NCBI RefSeq assembly: GCF_009914755.1
Contig: NC_060931.1
Direction: 5' to 3' (one strand)
Length of the DNA: 64,000 nt
From: the human T2T-CHM13v2.0 reference genome, Homo sapiens
Under the pieces are notes generated by a model. The model was not told the origin of the DNA. It worked only from the letters and a program-made list of their open reading frames with translations, and searched no databases. Positions 1-14,241 of this stretch are shown here, in pieces. Every line of letters starts with the position of its first letter. Positions within the stretch are counted from its first letter, which is position 1. The position numbers were made by a program, and so were the translations under genes.

Positions 1-753
1 TTTGTGTAATGCTTACTGAAATTCATTTTATAAATTTGACTGTCTGGTTTGGTTAATAGGATTGCTTAAAATGCTAATATACTTGAAAAACATTAGCTTT
101 ATTTAACTAAAGACAGACATTATCAGAAAAGCTAGGTCAAGATAAAACAAACATGAGCCTTACGAAAATGAGGGAACTATTTTTTGGTAACCTGGGGTAA
201 TTTTAAAAACTAAGGGTTGTAGATCAGAAGATTTGGGATTTCCTGGTTTTCTACTTACTCCCTGGCTTTATTTTCTCTTCTGTAAAATAGGAGTAATATC
301 TCTTTTCTTCACAGTAGACAGAATGAGAATAATAAATATGTAATGGATATGAAACTGGAAAACTTCTTTACAATTATGTAAAGACTTTTGGGGAGGGAGT
401 GAGGACTAGTTTGCTTTAAACTTCAGTTTTTCACCAGAATTTTTAAAGGTCTCCATTTAGATGATCCAAATGAAAATGTAATAACATCTGTTCAATAATT
501 TTTTTCCTACTGGAGTATAGGAAGATACACTGATTTTTTCAGATTGTTCTGTTAGGTTGTAAATAAAAAGTGCTAGTGATTTCATTCTCAGTTTTTATAT
601 TATATATTTAATTAATATTTGATATTATAAAGCACATTTATCAGTTAATTTTATTATATTCTCATGAGTCTATTACATAACTATTATTATAATGAACATT
701 TTACAGATGAGGAAATCGAGACTTAGAAACACTTCCTTTTAAATTTAATTTAA

Positions 754-905
<152 letters not shown>

Positions 906-1512
906 TAACTATTTACTGTTTTTTCTGCCAACCCCAGGTGCTACTGATGGTACGTCAGTTAATCAGATATTATAATTTAATTGCTGATTATGTTGTTCTT
1001 TAATAATTTTGTTGGTTCTTCCATAAAAGCCAGAGTTCCTGTACGTGTCTCAGTTGTTTTGCAGCATGTAGAGATGGGATCTGTGGTAATTCCTGTTAAT
1101 TTTGCTTTGGAGGTAATACTTTTTTGGTGCTAGAAAGCTAGTGTCTGTAAGGAAAAAAAAAAACATGATTTATTCTTTTTTTTTTTCAGCTTCCTCTCAT
1201 TAATGCTTTCATGAGGCATATTTATTTTATGATCGTGTAAAATTTCCCAATGCAGATCTCTTCTTGGGGTGGAGTTGTGGTGGGTGGGGCACTGTGAACT
1301 GCACACCTGCAGAGGAATGCCAGCAGGGGAAACATGAATGTTATTTTGCCCAAAGTACTTTAGTTAATACAGTGAAGGATTGTTCCTTCTTTGGCAGTTT
1401 CTTATATTAAAAAGATAAAATGAACACTCTATAAATATTAACGGATTTCAGTGCACTCTTATTCTCTCAAAAGTGTCTGGTTTTGAATTATAAATCCCTT
1501 TCTGTGACCTAT

Positions 1513-1720
1513 CTGGGTTTGAATCCTGTCTCTCACCTATTAGTTGTATGTCCTTGGACATGTTACTGCCTATATCTCAGTTTTCTCATCTGTAAAGTGT
1601 GGTGACAATAGCCTCATTTTGTAAGGTTATTGTATGGATTGAGTTAATACATATGGATACATGTTTACTTAGAACAGTGCATGGCACATACTAAATGCTC
1701 AATAAATGTCAGCTGCTATC
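1513..1720 (+). mobile_element. MIR SINE
   Basis: ctgggtttgaatcc...ctcagttttctcatctgtaaa...cttagaacagtgcatggcacata...ctcaataaatg core and tail. Confidence 0.85.
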
Positions 1721-1906
1721 ACTATATATTATTATTTTCTTGCTTTGTTGCTGACAGTTAACTGGACTATTAACTTGAAAAAATACCCTTTCTAGCAATA
1801 AAAAGGATTTCATTTCTTACTATATTTGATGAACTATAAAAATGAATCAAGTTGATATAAATCAAGGAAGATCATTTAACTAGCAGTAGTGGTAGTCTTT
1901 GTCCCC

Positions 1907-2520
1907 CAGCTTTATTGAAGTGTACCTGACAAATAAAAGTTGTATATATTTAAAGTATATAACATTTTTTGAGAGAGAGATATATATATATATACACACA
2001 TTGTGAAATGGTTACCACCATCAAACTAGTTAACATATGCATCAACTCACAGTTAGATTTTTTTGTGTGTAGTGGAAAACTTAAGATCAACTCTCTTAGC
2101 AAATTTCAAGCGTACAATACAGTATTATTAACTATAGTCACCATGCTGTACATTAGATGTTCAGAACTTATTCATCCTCCATGAATAAGTGCTAAACTTT
2201 TGTACTCTTTGACCAACATTCTCTCACTTCCCCCACCTTCCAGCCCTTGACAACCACCATTCTACTTTGGCTTCTTTAGATTCTGCATATATGTGAGGTC
2301 ATGCAGTATTTGTCTTTCTGGGCCCGCCCGGTTTATTTCACTTAACATAAGATCCTCTGAGTTTATCCACGTTCTTGCAAATGGCAGGGCTAACTTCTTT
2401 AAAGCTGAATAATAATCTTTTGTGTATGTGTGTGTATATATATGTGTGTGTGTTTACATACCATTTATTCTTTATTCATTCATCTGTCTGCAGACACTTC
2501 GGTTGTTTCCATATCTTGGC
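1907..2520 (-). mobile_element. Old L1 3' fragment (L1MA9-like)
   Basis: cagctttattgaag...tacagtattattaactatagtcaccatgctgtacattagat...ccatatcttggc. Confidence 0.8.
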
Positions 2521-2892
2521 TGGAGTAATGATAGTCTTGAAAAACACCAATTAATTACTGAGTGGAAGAGTAAGAATCATGACATCACATTTCAGATCCT
2601 TAAAAGTCAGAAAAACACTGGAAAAAAAGAAGGATAAATGGCAGTTGAAGAGTCATTTTGTAACCAGTAAAGAATAGGACAATGCCAAGTGTTGATAAGT
2701 CAGAGGCGGATACAGAGGGAAGTCCAGTGGCATGTATTTGACCAAGGGACTTTGTCACAAGCATGGGTTTATTAGAGGCTCTGCCTCAGTGTGGAAATCT
2801 TGGAGGGAGAGAGTGGTATACACAGAGGTCAAGGGTGAGCCGGTTTCTGATGTAGCTTCCCAAGTATCAGGACCCCTTCCTCCCACAATACA

Positions 2893-2946
2893 CATTCATT
2901 CATATTCATTCATTCATTCATTCATTCTCTCTCTCTCTCTCTCTCT
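2893..2946. repeat. Compound (CATT)n(CT)n microsatellite
   Basis: Directly visible. Confidence 0.85.
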
Positions 2947-4302
2947 TATGACAACCAAACTCCTTACTATGACAACTGAATAACAAACATTCAAGGACTG
3001 TTGATCTTTAAAGAGAATATGGGTTACCTTTTCAGTGGGGGCGGAGGCTGTGATTAAAGATGGTCTGAAGACATTTATTGCACCCATCCTTAGAGATGGG
3101 GACTTGATTCTGGGGGGAAACATTGCATGTAGTATCTCTAGGTTGTCTGCTTGCTCAGTTACTGATATTACCAAAACATCTCTTTTAGTTCTAGTTTGTT
3201 TACTAGACCCAGAATGACATGCTATATCCTTGTTTGTTTATATCACCTTCCAGCTCTATTTAAAACCATTAGAGATCCCAGACCCTGTGTTATCTCCATC
3301 GATTTTCTATGAGGCTAGACAAGATTTAACTTTAATTCATTTGTGATTTCCTATTCCTAGTTTACACAAATAAGTCTGTTAGTTCATTTGTATATTTTTT
3401 GCACTTTGACCTAATTGGCCTGTTTTTCGCTAATGCCCTCTCCTTTTTCACTAATTCACCAGTGCTGTGGGAACCCCCCAACTCCGCCACCTCCACTATT
3501 GTAGTTGTTTTATAACTACTCTTTATATAATGTGTTAATCTTCTGTCCTTACCTAAGGACACAAATTGCACATAACATTAGATCATCCTTAGGTGGTAGA
3601 AATTAAATTGAGAATCAGAATTAGCAGTGAAAAAAATAGATATTTCTTGTACTGAAAGATAATAAATGATATGGATCTTTTAGTGTGTAGAAATTCTAAC
3701 AGATTCTGAGTAGTTGGGGTGCCTAGGTGAAACACTGGTGAGGAGAAAATGTGACACTTTTTGTTCATGTGGGGGAGGAAGCAAGTGATAAGAGAAATCA
3801 ACACAGTGCTGAAGCTGAAATCTAAATATGGAGTTAATTCACTGAGTTGGCCTGGACCCTGGCAGAAGATCACATGGTCACCTTTAAGATAATTTTGTTC
3901 ATCACTTTGCTGATAATTGATCCAGCCTGCCATGTGCTCTGTGATCTAAAAGTTGAAGTGATTATTTATTTTTTAGGGAAAAATTTAGCTACTGGAAGAT
4001 ATATATGTTCTTTTACTCTAGTGTTCTAGAAAATAGTAGGAGGAAGAAGATGAAAAGAGAGAGATCGGGGGTAGATAAAATAGCTAGGTAAAGTAGTGAG
4101 GAAGAAGACTCTCCTAGAATTAATGAAGGCCGTGTGGACACAGTGAGTCAAATCAAGTTGTCTCAAGCCCAAATATTTTTCAATACTTATTAGAAAACTG
4201 TTCTAATGGCTTCATTTTATATTCTGCAATGAAGGCTGACCCTATTACACAGTGATAAGTGCTTGAGTCCTTCATTTCTGATCTGCATTCAGAGACCACT
4301 CT

Positions 4303-4915
4303 GTTTTTATTAATATAGAATAATTGTACATATTTATGGGATACATGTGATATTTTGATACATGTATACAATGTATTAATGATCAAACCAGGGTAATTGG
4401 GGTATCCATCATCTCAAATATTTATCATTTCTTTGTGTTGAAAACATTTGAAATCTTCTAGCTATCTTGAAATATATAACAAACTATAATCATCCTACTG
4501 TGCTATCAAGCACTAGAATGTATTCCTTCTAACTTATTTTTGTTCCCGTTAACCAACCTCTCTGCCTGCCCTGCTCCCCACTATGCTTTCCAGCCTCTGA
4601 TAACCATCATTCTACTCTCTACCTCCATCAGATCAACTTTTTTAGTTCCCACATATGAATGAGAACATGCAATGTTTGTCTTTCTGTGCCTGGCTTATTT
4701 CAATTTAATGTCCCCCCAGCCTCAGCTATGCTGCTGCAAATGACAGAATTTCATTCTTTTTTGTGACTGAATAGTATTTCATTGTGTATATATATCATAT
4801 TTTCTTTATCCATTCATCCATTGGTGGACACTTAGGTTGGTTCCATATTTTGGCTCTTGTGAATAGTGCTGCTTTAAACAGGCATACAGATTTCTCTTCA
4901 ATCTACTGATTCCTT
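4303..4915 (-). mobile_element. Old L1 3' fragment (L1MA4-L1MA7-like)
   Basis: gtacatatttatgggatacatgtgatattttgatacatgtatacaatg...cacttaggttggttccatattttggct. Confidence 0.85.
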
Positions 4916-5962
4916 TTTTTTTTTTTTGTGAGAGACTACTTTTTTGAGAAGTCATCTGCTCTTTTGGAGGTTTTATTAATAACCACTTTTACAGTAGAGT
5001 AGATTGACTGTGCATTGGTAAGTAGTGTCAGACTGGTCATCACCCCATTCAGTATATTGGTCGAATCTGAGGGAGAATAAAGAGACTGAGGAATGCATTG
5101 TTTGCCAAACCACTTTAGCCCAGAATGGATGAGTAGTATATCTGTACCAAGTGCAATGAGATAAAAGATTGTCCATGTCTGGGATGCCATAAATTGTAGC
5201 CCATGATGTCTTTTCCCCCTATCTAGGAAGAAAAGACCCATGAAGTAGTCAGTAAAATCAGTGTGCACAGATATCTCTATATTTGGACAATGAGTTCATG
5301 GACTTTATAGCCATTTTCTTCATCCACATCAATTTTATTTGGCTAAATATCTGTGGAATATACTGTAATATTACAAAGTCCTATCTTTCTGTAGACAGGA
5401 GGGATATCATTACTAAATAAGATGGAAAATGGTATAGAAATTGATAAGGAGTAGGGGAAGATATTTTTTAACTAAGATGCAGAATGAAATGGTTGACGAA
5501 GTGGGAAAATATCTGGAGGGTTAAATGAACTGCAACAATGCAATATCTATTTGAAATGCTTTTTAGTTTTGCAAAACTAAGCAAAGCCAAAAAAGTAACT
5601 TTTTTGCATCAAGCACCTCACCCCACAACTTTCCCAGCTGTTAAAAAAAGAGGAGAACAAAGAAAAGAAAGAAAAAGAAAGCTGCCTGGCCCTTTTTGGT
5701 TCCAGAAAGCATGTAAACCTGGTTTGTAACTCAAAGCGCCCTAGGGTGTTTTCTTTGCTTCCACTTTACCTCATGATATGACCTTGAACAAACCAGCTGG
5801 CTCTGTTGTCTTGATTTTCTTAAAATAATATCTTCTTTTTCTCTAGAGTATATACTTATGAGCACATTTAAGTTTTCTTTATTTTAATTACTATAACTAT
5901 TAATAGCAGATGTTGCTGTGTTAAATTGAATTTGTTCTGAGAAAGCCTTTGTTGGGCTTGGA

Positions 5963-6072
5963 ACTAGAATGTAAGCTCTTCGAGGGTAGAGGCCATGTCT
6001 TGCTCATCTTTGGAATTGAGGACTTACTACAATGCCTGGGGTCATGGCAGGTCCTCAAGAAGTGCTTATTGT
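5963..6072 (+). mobile_element. L2 3' end
   Basis: ctagaatgtaagctcttcgagggtagaggccatgtct...caatgcctgg... Confidence 0.65.
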
Positions 6073-9000
6073 ACTAAATCCAACTGTGGTACTACTTTGC
6101 CTTTTCATAACAATATAGAATTACAAGAATATTTTTTCCAGATTTTTACATTTATTTTCATATTAGTTTCCTAGATTTTTGTAAACATTGAACACCAGCA
6201 TTCTTTTTTTTTCTCAGATAAAATGATTTGATACAGGTCACTCAATTATAGGGGAAGCTAGAATCTAGGTTTTTTATTTTTTAAAAAAATCACTTCTGGA
6301 CCTTCTAAAATATATATTTTTTTCTATTGCTATTCAGCTTCTCTCCCTAATCTTCTAACGTAGATTCCATTTCTACCCCTTCACTTTTTTACCACCCCTA
6401 TTTATTGTTCTCTTGTAGATTATCCTCCAATTTTCCGTGAAAATAGCAAGCTTTGTTCCTCTATTGATATGTACGATGCCAACGATCAGTGATGAATTCT
6501 CTATTTTCAAAGCTGTACTGGATTTATATCTTAGCATAATAGACTTTAGAAGATGCAAAGCCAGGGAGGCAGAAAATACTTAGTGCCTGCTCACCGTGGG
6601 TTATAATATACTACCTCTGGAGGATTTAAAGTCCACTGTAGAAGAACAATCACACACAAGTTCACAAAGCAACACATGAATAATGTAAGAGAATCCTTGG
6701 GCCAGCTGTGTTCTGTGGAGACCTGGGCAGCTAAATGGACATCCTGAAGGACACTCATTCAGGGGGGTGTCCTGGGGTTAGAGGATAGATGATGAGTTTT
6801 GAGTAGGCTTTTCAAAAGATGGGAGGGATAGAAAACGGCTGAGAAATAGATACTGCTGATACATAGTAGATTCTATAATGCCATCGTGCCACATACTGAT
6901 ACAGGTTCATTTTCCTGCGGATTATTCATTAACCAGTCTTCAATGTGACATCTTCACATGTGGAATAATCTGACACTTTTAGCTGGTATCACTAAAAAGT
7001 ATGTTTTCCTTCAGCATCAACTTGGGTAACTCTTGGTTGTTCCAGTGGCTAGTTATCTAATTGCTGACTTATCCAAGCTGTTTCTCCTGTTTCATCCTCC
7101 TTTTACTTGATTTTTAAATGTACAGTCATAGTGGGATGGGGGAAGAAATGCTGCAAGTGATGGTCTTTCATTTATTCTAAAATTGTTACCTATTTGTTTG
7201 TAAAGAAGTTGGTGAAGTTTAAAAAGAGTTGGCCAAAATGAGATGTTGGAATTGATTTTGGCTTTATCATTCATTAGTATTTCTTGTCTTAGCATAAAAA
7301 ATGGCAAGTTGGCTGTTCATAGAGTCAGAGCATCATTAGAACTCCCTGAGGCTGGGGTTTGTGACTTGTATCCCTTGCTACACGTATAGTCCATAGTAGG
7401 TGCTCATAACTGCAGGTGGAACAACAGTATGACTAGACCTAGAAGGGAGCTTAGAAATGCAGAAACTAAGATCTAGAAGGGCATTCTCATTAGTGACAGA
7501 AGCAGGACTGATCCCAGGTCTCCTTAGCTGTCCACTGTGCTTTCCACCACACCACATTGCCAGAGGCAATGGCAGTGTTAGCTGTATAGAGCCCAACAGC
7601 CACGCTGGAGACTGTGCCCAGGGACAGTAAATCAGAGGCAGCTGGGCAACAGAGGGTTCTTGCCAAATTTGTAAAGGTTGGTTGTCAGCAAACCAGAGCA
7701 ACAGAACCATTTTTGAAAATTTCCATTTAAAGTGGAATTTTCAAAACCATGAACTGCCACCAGGTCACTGAAGTTGATTTTATGGGAAGCCAGGGTTCCG
7801 CACAGCTGGTAGAGCAGACTGGTAATGGTGGCTCAGGCTGAGGATTTCTTCAGGCCAGATTGCCTCTGACCACAAGTGCCTAAAATTACTCACTAGGGAT
7901 TGTTCTCCTAGTCATTTCTTAGGGCAAAAAAAACCCCACTTTCCTCTTAGGACCTTTTGACTGACAGAGAAACTTCTAGAGGAACATTTATTCATCTAAT
8001 CTTTCTGTAGGCTCTGACTGAGAACTAGCGAAGTAAGCCAGAGGGTGTAGGAGTGATTGCTCAAGGATAAATAGTGACTCTTGCAGAGAAATGATATTTT
8101 TATTTCTTCAGAGGCAATAGGCATATCTAAAGCACTGTGAAGATGTCCAGGTAAGTTTATTAAGTTCTGAGGGAAAAGAAGTAGATGAGGAGCAAATGAG
8201 AATCTTGGATAAAGGCCTAGACCTTGATCATGGAGGATTTTATTTGTTTTTTGATATTATAGTGGATAATAGCAAAGCAAAATTCATAAGGAGGATCATT
8301 TTCCAGAAAAATATGTAGCACTGATTTCTTATGCAATACTTGAGAAAATATCTCTCAGAGAAGATTCTGTATCTAATTCTAGTAAATGGGCCAAATGTAA
8401 TAAGTAAGCTTGAAGCCGGGTGACTGCTCAGATCTAATTAGATGAGGGCATGATGGTAGATAACATGGAGGTTAGGTAGTGTTTATAGACAGGCTGTCCC
8501 TAGCAGGCCTGGCATTAGTTAACTGCTTGAGAGATTCTTTAGCAAAGAGGTAATTGTAGAATACATCGACAAGCAGAGTTTATAGTTGAAATTAATGGCA
8601 TATTTAATTGTGTAAGCTATTTGGGCCAAATGGCTTCTTTTTATCTTGTAGTTCTTGGATCCTAACATACGGTAGCATTACCCCCACTCTCTCAACCACC
8701 CTTACTTTTTTCCTGTAGTGAACACGTATACTTTATTGTTTGTGGAACTTGCCACATGATAAACATTGTCAACAGTGTCAGTGACCATAATCACAGAACA
8801 AATTGCTTTTCCACTTGGTCAAATATGTAATAAAATGATTCATCCCAAGAACTCTTCTTCATGGTGACTTGGCTGGGTATTGATCTAGTTCCTGGATCCA
8901 ACCTCTACCTTACCTCAGGCCCTAAGTTGACCAGGTGGGCCCTGGATGGCCCTGCCGAGCTCCAGCTCTGGGATGGATTCTTCTTTGAACTTGGGAAGAT

Positions 9001-9255
9001 TTTGTCATTCATGAAATTGGAACCATCCTTGGAATGTTAGTTTTGAAAGATTATGTCTTCCCCTACCAGTTAGAAATTAATGAAGATAAATCTCCAAGTG
9101 CGATGAACTTTTAGGAAGAATAGTATTTTGAAAAACAAAAATGTTGCCTACAGACTAAAGTATTTTAAATAATATCATTCAAATTAATTGGCTGTACAAG
9201 TATCTGCATGCAACAATTCCCCCTCCCTCACCCCACCCCCTCACCCCCCCGCCCC

Positions 9256-9538
9256 GAGGCAGAGTCTTGCTCTGTCACCCGGGCTGGAGTGTAGTGGCAC
9301 AATCTTGGCTCACTGCAACTTCCGCCTCCTGGGTTCAAGCAGTTCTCCTGCCTCAGCCTCCCAACTAGCTGGGATTACAGGGACCCGACACCACACCCAG
9401 CTAATTTTTGTATTTTTAGTAGAGACGGAGTTTCACCATGTTGGCCAGGCTGGTCTCGAATTCCTGACCTCATGGTCCGCCTTCCTTGGCCTCCCAAAGT
9501 GCTGCTGGGATTACAGGCTTGAGCTACCACGCTCAGCC
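9256..9538 (-). mobile_element. AluS lacking a normal A tail (C-rich tract instead)
   Basis: Full dimer; the tail position (9219-9255) holds C runs. Confidence 0.95.
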
Positions 9539-10579
9539 AACATTTTAATAAATACTAGTTTTTCACACAGCAGCTTATAAAATCATTGTATTTGCATGGT
9601 AAATTACAGTTTCCATAATATTTTCATACTCTTGACTTTGATTCTAACTAGATTATCTGTCTCTCCTCTGCATTTCCATAAAACTCTACAAACTTCTATG
9701 CTATGTTTCCTTGTCTTACAATTCTCTGTGTATATTTATCACTTTCCCCACCAGACATAAGCTGCTCAAAGGCAGGGAATCATATCTTATTTATTTTTTT
9801 GTCTCTAGAACCTAGTCCAATGCCAGGTTCATTTTATATTATGATGTTGCATTGTATACTACGTAAATATATGCTGGGCTGTATTCTGTGGAAAATGAGG
9901 TTGTTTACACTTTGAAGATTTTAAATATCTATTTGGATTTGTTATATCACAAATTCAAATGATTAAAATCCAAATTGTGGTCTCTTTAGTTGCTGTTGAT
10001 TTCTTGGAGAAAATGATTTCAAGTATACTGAGCTTGTGCTGTGTGTTCCCTGTGGTGAACCTTTGATTATATTTCTGCCATGTGGCCTGTTAGTTTAAAT
10101 TGCTCTGGTTACAATGCAAGAAGAAGTAGTTACTCTTCACTGTTGTTGGGGGGAAATTTAATTTGCTTCAAACCAGAATTGTTTTACTTTAACATTTGTA
10201 TGGATTATGGATCCAAACATACATACACTAAAACAGACTTAAGGCAATTAAAAACTTCTGTGGTTATTTGGATTCAGCTTCCCCGACTTGTCTTCTTATC
10301 CAGTCTTTTTGCCCCTTAACTTTAATTTTTTTCTTATTACTCAAGTAATACAGCTTCACTATGGGAAAAATTTTTAACATATAAATATCAGGTTCTTTCC
10401 ATGTCTCACTTTTCTTATCTTTGGAATATTGTTTTTGCTTTAACCTGGCTTTCCTTGTAATTGCGAGATGGCTGCTGCAGTTCTAGTATCACATCCAGAT
10501 GATGTAATATCCAGAGGAAAAAGGAGTACATCTCTTTCTGTCTATGCTCCTTAGAAATACCTTAGAAATAAGGAATGCT

Positions 10580-10884
<305 letters not shown>

Positions 10885-11014
10885 CTAATGTCCCATCTTC
10901 ATGTCCAGCAACATTTGTCTTCCATCCTATTGATCCTAATAGTCTTTGCCTTCCTAAGCAATCCATTCCTAAACCAATAACTGGCAAGAAAAATAAGATT
11001 ACCATGATTGGCTC

Positions 11015-11227
11015 TAGGGGTTGGCAAACTTTTTCTTAAAGGGCAAGACAGTAAATACTTTATGCTTTGCAGTCTATCTGGTCTCTGTTGCAACTATTCA
11101 ACTCTGCTGTAATAGCAACAATAGACAATAAATAAATAAATAAATAAATGGATGTGGCTGTATTTTTGTAAAACTTAATTTACAGAAGCAGGTGGTAAGC
11201 CCATGGGCCATAGTTTGCTAACCCCTG
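11015..11227 (+). mobile_element. MER58A (hAT-Charlie MITE)
   Basis: TIRs TAGGGGTTGGCAAACT / AGTTTGCTAACCCCTG; typical internal sequence with (AAAT)n expansion. Confidence 0.9.
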
Positions 11228-11238
11228 GAACCTTAGAC

Positions 11239-11404
11239 CAGTAACTCTGAAACATTAGCATTTGTTAGAATCAACTGGGGACTTGTTAAAATACAAGATC
11301 CCATCCTGGTTGCTGGTTCAGCATATTTGGGATAGAGCCAGTGAATTTGCATTTCTAATAATTTCCCAGGTAATGCTGAGGCTGTGAATTCAAGAACCTC
11401 ACTT
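11239..11404. mobile_element. MER5A (hAT-Charlie MITE)
   Basis: ttagaatcaactggggacttgttaaaataca...atttgcatttctaataatttcccaggtaatgctga. Confidence 0.8.
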
Positions 11405-11409
11405 AAATA

Positions 11410-11585
11410 TATTTCTCTATTGTGGGGCTATCCTGTGCATTGTAGGATGTTTCACAGCATCCCTGGCCTCTACCCACTAGATGCCAGTAGCCACCCTGCC
11501 TCTCCTCTAGTATGACGAGAAAAAAAAAAAAGTTTGAAATATTGCCAGATGTTCCCAAATGTTCCCTAGGGGACAAACTCTCTGA
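11410..11585 (-). mobile_element. MER20 (hAT-Charlie), partial
   Basis: ctatcctgtgcattgtaggatgtttcacagcatccctggcctctacccactagatgccagtagc. Confidence 0.88.
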
Positions 11586-12904
11586 TTTCTCCCTCTCCCT
11601 TAGACATAGACTTTTCAGATATATTCCCTGGGTCTGGGAAGAGGTTCACTTTTCCTTGTAGCATTTGGGGAAGGAGTGTATACAAAATCACTATGATGTA
11701 AAGAAAGAGCGAGAGGAATGATTGTTGGACAGGCAACCAGCAGTGTCTACTGACAATCACATCATAATTCCTGAGAACAAAAGACTTCACTGCCAAAATG
11801 TTCCAGAAAATGGAACAAGAATACCCACCTGCTAACATTTTCTGAGACTAGAATCTAATCGCAAAATTGAAGAAAGTTTAGAGTCTGGTGCAATAAATAC
11901 AGAGAGGCGGTCAATTGATAAGTAAAATATCCTATCAGGTAAAGCTTCAGTTAAAGGTGACATCTGTATTTGGGTCTTTTAGAATGTTTTTCATGCAAAG
12001 GTAGTAAAATAATTTTTTTACAAAATTTATAACATTTTGTAAAATTCTGTTAGTCTTTCAAAAAGAACATTAATAGAATACAATTGGTTTTCTATTTTAC
12101 ATAAGTGAAATATGACAAATCTGGTGAATTTATGGACTTTTTTTTTGGCTTAGGGAGGTTTTAAATCTTGGATAGTGTTGGATTCCACTTGGACTATTTA
12201 TATGGGTAATAAAGCCATGGTGGAAACCTGTGCAGTTACTCTGAGCCATTCCTCACCCTTCTTTGGCTCTGCTCTATATCTTAGAGGGATGCAGGCATTT
12301 CTCAGGATCCACGTCAGCTGGGAGGCACTGGGAGGAGACTCCAGGGCAGTAGGAATTTTGAAGTCGGTGTTGCTCCATTGCCCTGTCTGCCTTGGGCAGC
12401 ATCTTGGCCATGGCTGCATTTCCTCCTTGGCTCCAACCACCTTTAAACAAACCTGGACCCCTGGGCTGTGATAGCTTTGTCTCCTCCCAGTATCCCTCCA
12501 GCCTGAGGGGGTGGTATTGGCTTCCTGCTGTTGCTAATCTCTAAATTAGCCCATCATCCATCCCGTCTTACTTCTCAGCTCCCTCATTACCTACTAAACT
12601 CCACATCAAAGTCCCTCAATTGTACATACTCAAAATGGTTTGTTTTCTTGATTAAACTCATGCTGATGTGAAACTGTCAACCCCAACTGTCTTGTCATAT
12701 AAACCTAAAAGATTTCTATCTTGTTAAGAGATGTTGTTTTTAAAATAAAGTGTAAATTAAGTATGTATATAGATTGTCAGTAGTAATTTATATTGTAATA
12801 TATATCTTGATGGCTTGATATCAGATATCTTGTTAGTGTCTGATTCCTATAAACATAAAAAGAAGTTTAAAAGTTGGTAAATTATTTCACCTGGGGACCT
12901 ATTA

Positions 12905-13160
12905 TAGCCTAGTGACAAAGAACACTAGTTCTGAAGCTGAACTGCCCAGGTTCAAGTGGGCCCTTCCACTTACTAGCCTTGTGGCCTTGAGCAAAAGATC
13001 TAACTTCTTTGTACCTCAGATTTCTCATCCATAAGATGGTGATAATAAAGGTAACTATTAGGTCTCAAAGTGATTGTTGGGAAGATTAAGGGAATAATAC
13101 ACTAAATGCACTTTGAGAAGTAATTGGCATATCATAAGTACCCAATAAATATTAGCCATC
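12905..13160 (+). mobile_element. MIR SINE
   Basis: ccacttactagccttgtggccttgagcaa...cctcagatttctcatccataagatgg...caataaatattagc. Confidence 0.85.
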
Positions 13161-14079
13161 ATCGTCATCATTGTTGTTACCCTTATATTCTAGCCATAAC
13201 TGATTGAGCCAGGCAGTCACTTTGAAGAACTATAGCCCCTAAAAATGAGTTTTCTATAGGAAATAAGGGTGAAAATGTACGTCAAAGAGAAAAGTCCATT
13301 TGAATGTATCCTCCCCCAAACACTTCTTTTTTCCTTCTAGTTTGTTTACTGTGCATCTGGCTACTTCAAAGCATACATAAATTAACACAGAGATGCATAC
13401 CTTAATATCTCATAATAGAGGTTATTATTTTTTTTAAAGCTTGTGTGAATGTAAGGACTTCAATTTTAAGAGAATAAGGAAGGCTCTCCCAATCACATGG
13501 ATTTGATTAGCCAGTGGCAAGTACTGGCTCAGCTAGAACTTTTAGAAGTTCAGAATTAGAAGTTCAGTTCTGACTTAACTTTCCTACTAGTTGTTCTTCA
13601 GTGTCCTGAAGCACCACGATTAAGTAAGTATAGCATTAGGTTGTTCACCATAGATATATTATTGACCATAGGCATTTAATCATGGAATAGACGCAGTGAG
13701 CTTCTAGAAGGGGTTAACTAATTCATTAAAATATGTGTGCTGACCACTAGTTGTGTGGTGCCATTAGGTGGAATAGCCATCAGAAATGGGGAAGAAGTAT
13801 CATTTGAAACTTTTGGGTTGTGTCATCTTTTGTTTGGTATTGTTTGTTGGGTTTTTTGGAAGAAGTGAAAGGTTTTCAGAGAGAAATGAAAAGCCAGAAA
13901 GTGTTAAATATGACTTACTGAGAGGGTTAGGACATATAAAGGGAAGGAAATTGTATGTCTCTTGCTACAAGGAAGTAGGTAGTTTTTCTTGACTCTGCTA
14001 GAAATTCCAGATCTGTGAAATAATAATGGTTGTGGGCCATTAAATATGAAAGAGGTGATGAAAGGGGAATATTAAAATT

Positions 14080-14241
14080 ATAGTTGTGAACCTTTTTTTG
14101 AGGTCAAAGACTCCAGTGGGATTCTGAAAATGTTGGGCTCTTTCCTCTAGAAAAATGCATAAAAACATGCAAAATGTTAGTTTCAGTTTCAAGGGGTTTA
14201 CCAACACCTGGGGCCCATTCTTGGGCCCAGGTTATAAACCT
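14080..14241 (-). mobile_element. Charlie4z-like hAT MITE
   Basis: aacctttttttgaggtcaaagactcc...ctagaaaaatgcata...cccaggttataaacc resembles the recalled consensus. Confidence 0.5.

Noticed and set aside
1170-1195. Strong T-tract CAG acceptor at 1189
   Set aside because: No convincing downstream donor or reading frame found by eye.
9188-9580. Alu-derived ORFs (also 10640, 21239, 37841, 43077/43082, 52182, 54186)
   Set aside because: Standard translations of Alu consensus frames, not genes.
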